From Halobacteria archaeon (lineage in GTDB: Archaea > Methanobacteriota_B > Thermococci > Methanofastidiosales > NM3), in assembly GCA_036733165.1 (NCBI GenBank), contig DAINBB010000003.1:7546-71545 (forward strand): a DNA stretch of 64,000 nt. The letters are read 5' to 3'. A program made the translations under genes and the position numbers. The notes beneath the pieces are model-generated. The model was given only the letters and a program-made list of their open reading frames with translations. It did no database searches and had not been told where the DNA came from. Shown in pieces: positions 62,101 to 64,000 of the stretch (positions are counted from its first letter, which is position 1; each line of letters starts with the position of its first letter).

Positions 62101-62531
62101 CATGGAGCAATACGACCGACGCCTATGAATACTATGACATGACGCTTTCGAGGACCACGGAGTACTGGCTTGTAAGGGACCCGTCCCTGACATACGAACC
62201 GGGCGTGTGGATCCACATGGAGGCCGGAACATACAATCTCAAGGTAGTGGGCACTGAGGAGACGAGTGTGCAGTACACTCTGCCCGGAGGCCACTGGTCG
62301 CTCGTTGGCTACGCGTTGACAGCAGATGGCAACCCGATCGCGACGGCGCTTGAGCAGACTCCTGAGGACTCGGTGAATCTCATGTGGACATACGACATAC
62401 CACCTACGGCGGCAGAGTTGTATGACCCAAGGGGTAGATTCGTACCTCCAGACTTCACCACGTTCGACATATGGCATGCCTACTGGGTCTATGTGGACTA
62501 TGACTGCACATTGACAATATCCTCCCCATGA
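56160..62531 (+). CDS. Giant secreted surface protein (about 2,120 aa) of about 18 tandem CarboxypepD_reg-like / SdrD-B-like Ca-binding beta-sandwich repeats, a distinct approximately 190-aa C-terminal domain, and no membrane anchor
   Basis: Signal peptide after MMRPVYKKGISILFGILIVMSLVYINVGSTRAASA. Recurring G-x-V-x-D-x-x-G-x-P-I-x-G-A-x-V-x-I-P-G motifs and DxDxDG Ca-sites (DDLDGDGLKD, DIDHDGIKD, DLDGDGIVDPDE). RBS GGAGGT 56151-56156. Confidence 0.8.
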   Translation: MMRPVYKKGISILFGILIVMSLVYINVGSTRAASAITGATDAVWYDTDGNGVFDAGEGIGNINVYLDNSGVVVATTDANGSFPDVFATADSDLDWDGEHYLTFKADGFRTVTYNVSNVAGVYALPAGSVQMVTQDSIYGRVVDDDGQPVAGITIEALVYGTGIVATDVVGGTAQTVTDQYGNYVIKGLPAATYDIRSKKAEYITQILTGVKVVYGKTTENVNFTMVPNYGSITGHVTDGATPIQGAVVSIPGLGLSAVTDSNGQYTITDVMPGSYTMICEKDGYKICVLYYNDTGSSYACNPADYSPFVQPGPSVTPVSADFNLEPEPLTPVNGYISGLLTDEDGTPIECAYVTIPGLGMEVCTDKGGYYIFEEVPNGEYDVLAQDPNPTTGTLEHKSAKARIDVIQGENSDADFSLDNNTGFIVGQIYDKDALPVSGASVTIPNSTISSLTDLNGWYALEDVDVCRYSVYDYTAETITYVVANVVVKASNSDYNSNTLIVEPIPANGSYYNTYNINIFKKTGVIKGQVYEVGTGQPIENARVRVYGREAITDESGVYEFVGVPVGSYTVVAGEGPEQTYTETTYDIVIATNVTVGSNAQTMKNFYLPDDTSSLYGYVSGILYDDVNGSSGFSEGEGLSGVTVEIPGYSIVETDDFGFYIVSADAGDHYQVIYGDDYEWVNNGLVTFTSDVEDPGNDLELVRKTGELIGNVSEDGAPVESAELWVPQYDNDWEEGSTSVVQVTSDAYGNYAFADSYSLEKGRHLLVVQRWDDGNMSFEFDLSFVNIASTVTKNVSLTRETGRVEGYAWDDLDGDGLKDVSEPYLPDVEVSLSKVYSTMTDSTGYYTILDVPVTLDRSTTHPTPAYEINRYTGIAYLTGYDTETYVIDPPVAADPEIYDHTSIATVEYVDCNNIAIFEDISLSDVTTNIDYPLDKADPLPVTGSVSGYVNLDMNLINAEAEVWIEGTNMNTWSDIEGFWIILDVSPDNYAIQAGKPNYVSQIQANVPIIEGYESENIDFSLEKDGFIYGTVFEDIDHDGIKDATDVPIQGAVVTIAGKQVYTDSNGEFIIDDVYANAPYNGYTVTATKQNYTMDVEYDVEVIHADPNGTEVNFLLEKYEGFFIGKVSDHSTMDGIANIDVYAMDDLITNNTETGTTDDAGYYVIEANRGTYTLQAPMEPNATDYVTKEIYDASLGGYSITRENFVLWDETTMPDNNVFGIVYRDDNSNSTYDDGEEIGGVQVSIPGLGMTVISATDLTDPDGTPNSGDEYNYIFMDVPNNGYHYTVTAKMAIPGTSPTQYIIEYIVNVEPSTTVQWNIGMEWPPTSPYDSWIEGIVFWDENGNGTVDENERLADMDVYIPGSSVDNEVATAFLTAVTDSTGYYIIDDIPSRIDDVSVTCTVLAGEPSATAIYEIGIQRNLPIQSGLGTWIDFPLVRTTSYTSAYIFGEVYFDADDSGTYDVDDTPYTEGILNATLTIGSDTQTTDSFGFYIFDGLTANQTYLVNVTANGYEDHNEYETAKLGYNAKVNFSMTKEANSISGFVFEDVNENGILDAGDKIINAKITAVKDGGGNYEAYTDATGFYLLPNLPVGDYDIVCTQIVSGLELPEYQDWTYLDNPVTITAGNAATVDIPMARYYVDVDGTVTDSDTSMAIVNVTVAWYSPDDFVTPRYIALTDLYGDWSTSANPGSDDDWNHADLDGDGIVDPDEVGVPVGTWYVVFSATGYNTTSKWVVLDYDDYPGPITIDIELDPTSADVGTLEGSVTNNNGGTPIENATITATNQTTLDIFAIQSLADGSYSLVVPEGTYDIVCSRVGFVSETVTNVVVGIGATVTNDFGLDPAGGLGDIVVNVEDESMNPLDDVLVTVWYQSPTSNLFEIIVDGLTTAGTITFVDVPEGTYYVCASDNDNDRIMQTEEVVLAANATETVDFTLVDGTSSTITLDGTTSQWYLLSLPVLVEDDTFWPALLYASGIDLTDWDMIASWSNTTDAYEYYDMTLSRTTEYWLVRDPSLTYEPGVWIHMEAGTYNLKVVGTEETSVQYTLPGGHWSLVGYALTADGNPIATALEQTPEDSVNLMWTYDIPPTAAELYDPRGRFVPPDFTTFDIWHAYWVYVDYDCTLTISSP

Positions 62532-64000
62532 TGGTGAAACTGATGAGAAGATATCCTATAGGTCTCGCACTGGCTCTTATCGTGCTCCTCAGCGCGGTCC
62601 AGGTAGCCGGTGTGACCTATGAGCACTACATCGTCTGGGACGAACAGGAAAGGGTGGTGTATGCCGGGAACAGCGCAGAGTTCAATCTGACCATAGTTAC
62701 CACGGCACAAGGCACACCCACATCCACTCCCTCTCCCACGAATCCGCCGACCACGTGGCCTACACCGCCACCACCACCAGACGATTCGGCTTCCCTAGGT
62801 CCGCTGTCATATTCCATGAACGGAGCCGCGGGCGCTGTCCAATCGTCCTTTTCCCTGGCAGATATTAAGAATGTCTACCTGAGCGCAACGGCACCCCAGG
62901 GGTGGGATGTCGAGCTTTCAGCCGACACGCTTTACATGAACGGAGAGGACTCGGAGGAAGTGCTGGTGGAGGTGACATCCCCTTCGGATGCCGAACCCGG
63001 AGTTTACTCCATACTCTTCACTGCCAAGATGGAGGGGGTGGACAAGACCGTAGAGCTGCTCGTGAGGGTGCTCGACCCGTTCGATGTATTCATCTCGAAC
63101 ATATCCTACAGTCCCGCCGAACCCCAGTTGGGACAGGAGATAACGTTCACGGCGGACGTTACCCTTGACGGGAACGTACTGATACCGACAAAGACTGTCG
63201 CACTCTACATAAATGACATCTCCCAGTCGAAACTTGCCAGTGTGGAGGTAGATATAGATCCAAATTCCACAGAAACCATATCTTTAACATGGACCGCAAG
63301 CCAGATCGGTGACTTCACCGCAAGATTGTATCTAAACCCGACCAGCAACGAGTCCGACCTCACCAACAACGAGATATCCACAACGATATCGATACTGCCT
63401 GCCGAGGACCCATGCACACTTGCAGATGATACATACGCCCTGGCACTTGGTATGTATGATGAGGACTGCCAGTCCGCGATGTCAACCCTCGCGGTGGCCA
63501 AGGCCTTGTACGAACAATGCGGGGACACAAACGGCGCGACGCTGTGCCAAGAGCTCATAGACAAGTGCGAGGACTACACCCTAGCCGAGGAGCTGGAGTC
63601 ACAGGGGGACGTACTGGCCGCAAATGGAGATTGCGAGGGCGCCATAGCGAAATGGGAGGCGGCCATAGCGATCTATGAGGACTATGGTGACCAGGACAGG
63701 ATAGATTCCCTTAACACGAAGATTGACAATTGCGAATTGGAGCCAGAGCCGGAACCCCAGAAGGGATTCTTTGGCAAGTACTGGAAGTGGATAGTCTTGC
63801 TTCTTGTCGCTCTACTGCTCTTGCTAATATTACTGTACTCCAGAAGGAAGAAGGAGGACGAAGGCGACACCACGTTTGGTATCTATCCATCCGAGGGCGG
63901 AGCCAAGAAGGAACCCGATTCCTTGTTCGGAGGGCCGCTTGAGGAAGAGCTGGAGATCCCGCCTGTGATACCGATACCCTTGGTGACGAGAAAGGACGAG
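62528..64000 (+). CDS. 3'-partial membrane-anchored surface protein: signal peptide, Pro/Thr-rich linker, CARDB-like domain, Cys-rich helical region, TM helix, cytoplasmic tail
   Basis: Open frame from ATG 62528 to the window end. PTSTPSPTNPPTTWPTPPPPPDD linker. CARDB-like …ISYSPAEPQLGQEITFTADV…LTNNEIS. TM WKWIVLLLVALLLLLILLY. Overlaps the stop of the giant gene (ATGA). Confidence 0.7.
   Translation, partial: MMVKLMRRYPIGLALALIVLLSAVQVAGVTYEHYIVWDEQERVVYAGNSAEFNLTIVTTAQGTPTSTPSPTNPPTTWPTPPPPPDDSASLGPLSYSMNGAAGAVQSSFSLADIKNVYLSATAPQGWDVELSADTLYMNGEDSEEVLVEVTSPSDAEPGVYSILFTAKMEGVDKTVELLVRVLDPFDVFISNISYSPAEPQLGQEITFTADVTLDGNVLIPTKTVALYINDISQSKLASVEVDIDPNSTETISLTWTASQIGDFTARLYLNPTSNESDLTNNEISTTISILPAEDPCTLADDTYALALGMYDEDCQSAMSTLAVAKALYEQCGDTNGATLCQELIDKCEDYTLAEELESQGDVLAANGDCEGAIAKWEAAIAIYEDYGDQDRIDSLNTKIDNCELEPEPEPQKGFFGKYWKWIVLLLVALLLLLILLYSRRKKEDEGDTTFGIYPSEGGAKKEPDSLFGGPLEEELEIPPVIPIPLVTRKDE

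Noticed and set aside
1-64000. CRISPR arrays, transposases, toxin-antitoxin pairs, inteins
   Set aside because: No regularly spaced short direct repeats were seen. No DDE/HUH transposase or integrase motifs were seen. The repeats inside 56160-62531 are diverged protein-coding repeats, not CRISPR.

Overview
Archaeal chromosomal segment, about 48-50% GC, probably euryarchaeal. Archaeal markers present: r-protein L21e-RpoF-DUF655-KsgA cluster, Pus10, isopentenyl phosphate kinase, and a tRNA without encoded CCA. The window has four parts.

(1) 1-9604: a seven-gene, co-directional, stop/start-overlapping heterodisulfide-reductase-like (Hdr/MvhD) supercluster. It holds several unusual fusions (HdrA-HdrA, MvhD-wHTH, HdrA-MvhD, duplicated HdrD-like) and no hydrogenase subunit in the window.

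(2) 9.6-32 kb: a DASS transporter, a PurM-like gene coupled to a TauBC/SsuBC-like ABC transporter, Lrp, an arginase-fold protein, the conserved L21e-RpoF-DUF655-KsgA-Pus10 information-processing cluster, MATE, tRNA-Glu(CUC), an ArsR-type regulator, a PPDK_N + swivel-domain (rifampin-phosphotransferase-like) PEP-utilizing enzyme, an M18 aminopeptidase, a NifU-like protein and ExoIII.

(3) 32.3-38.8 kb: an oxygen/metal stress island. It contains a peroxiredoxin divergent from an unannotated 37-aa desulforedoxin, then FprA (flavodiiron), a minimal NifB-like radical SAM protein (TTG start), CopA, and two ferritin-like/rubrerythrin-like diiron proteins.

(4) 39.6-64 kb: a DUF4129-DUF4350-MoxR-DUF58-membrane operon, a siderophore/cobalamin-type ABC importer whose binding protein carries an N-terminal fasciclin domain, an AIM24-family protein, a PiT phosphate transporter, IPK, an ACT regulator, ArgG, ArgH, GGPP synthase, a roughly 2,120-aa secreted protein of about 18 Ca-binding beta-sandwich repeats, and a downstream membrane-anchored CARDB protein.

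No CRISPR array, integrase or transposase was seen. All assignments rest on motif recognition by eye; no database search was run.
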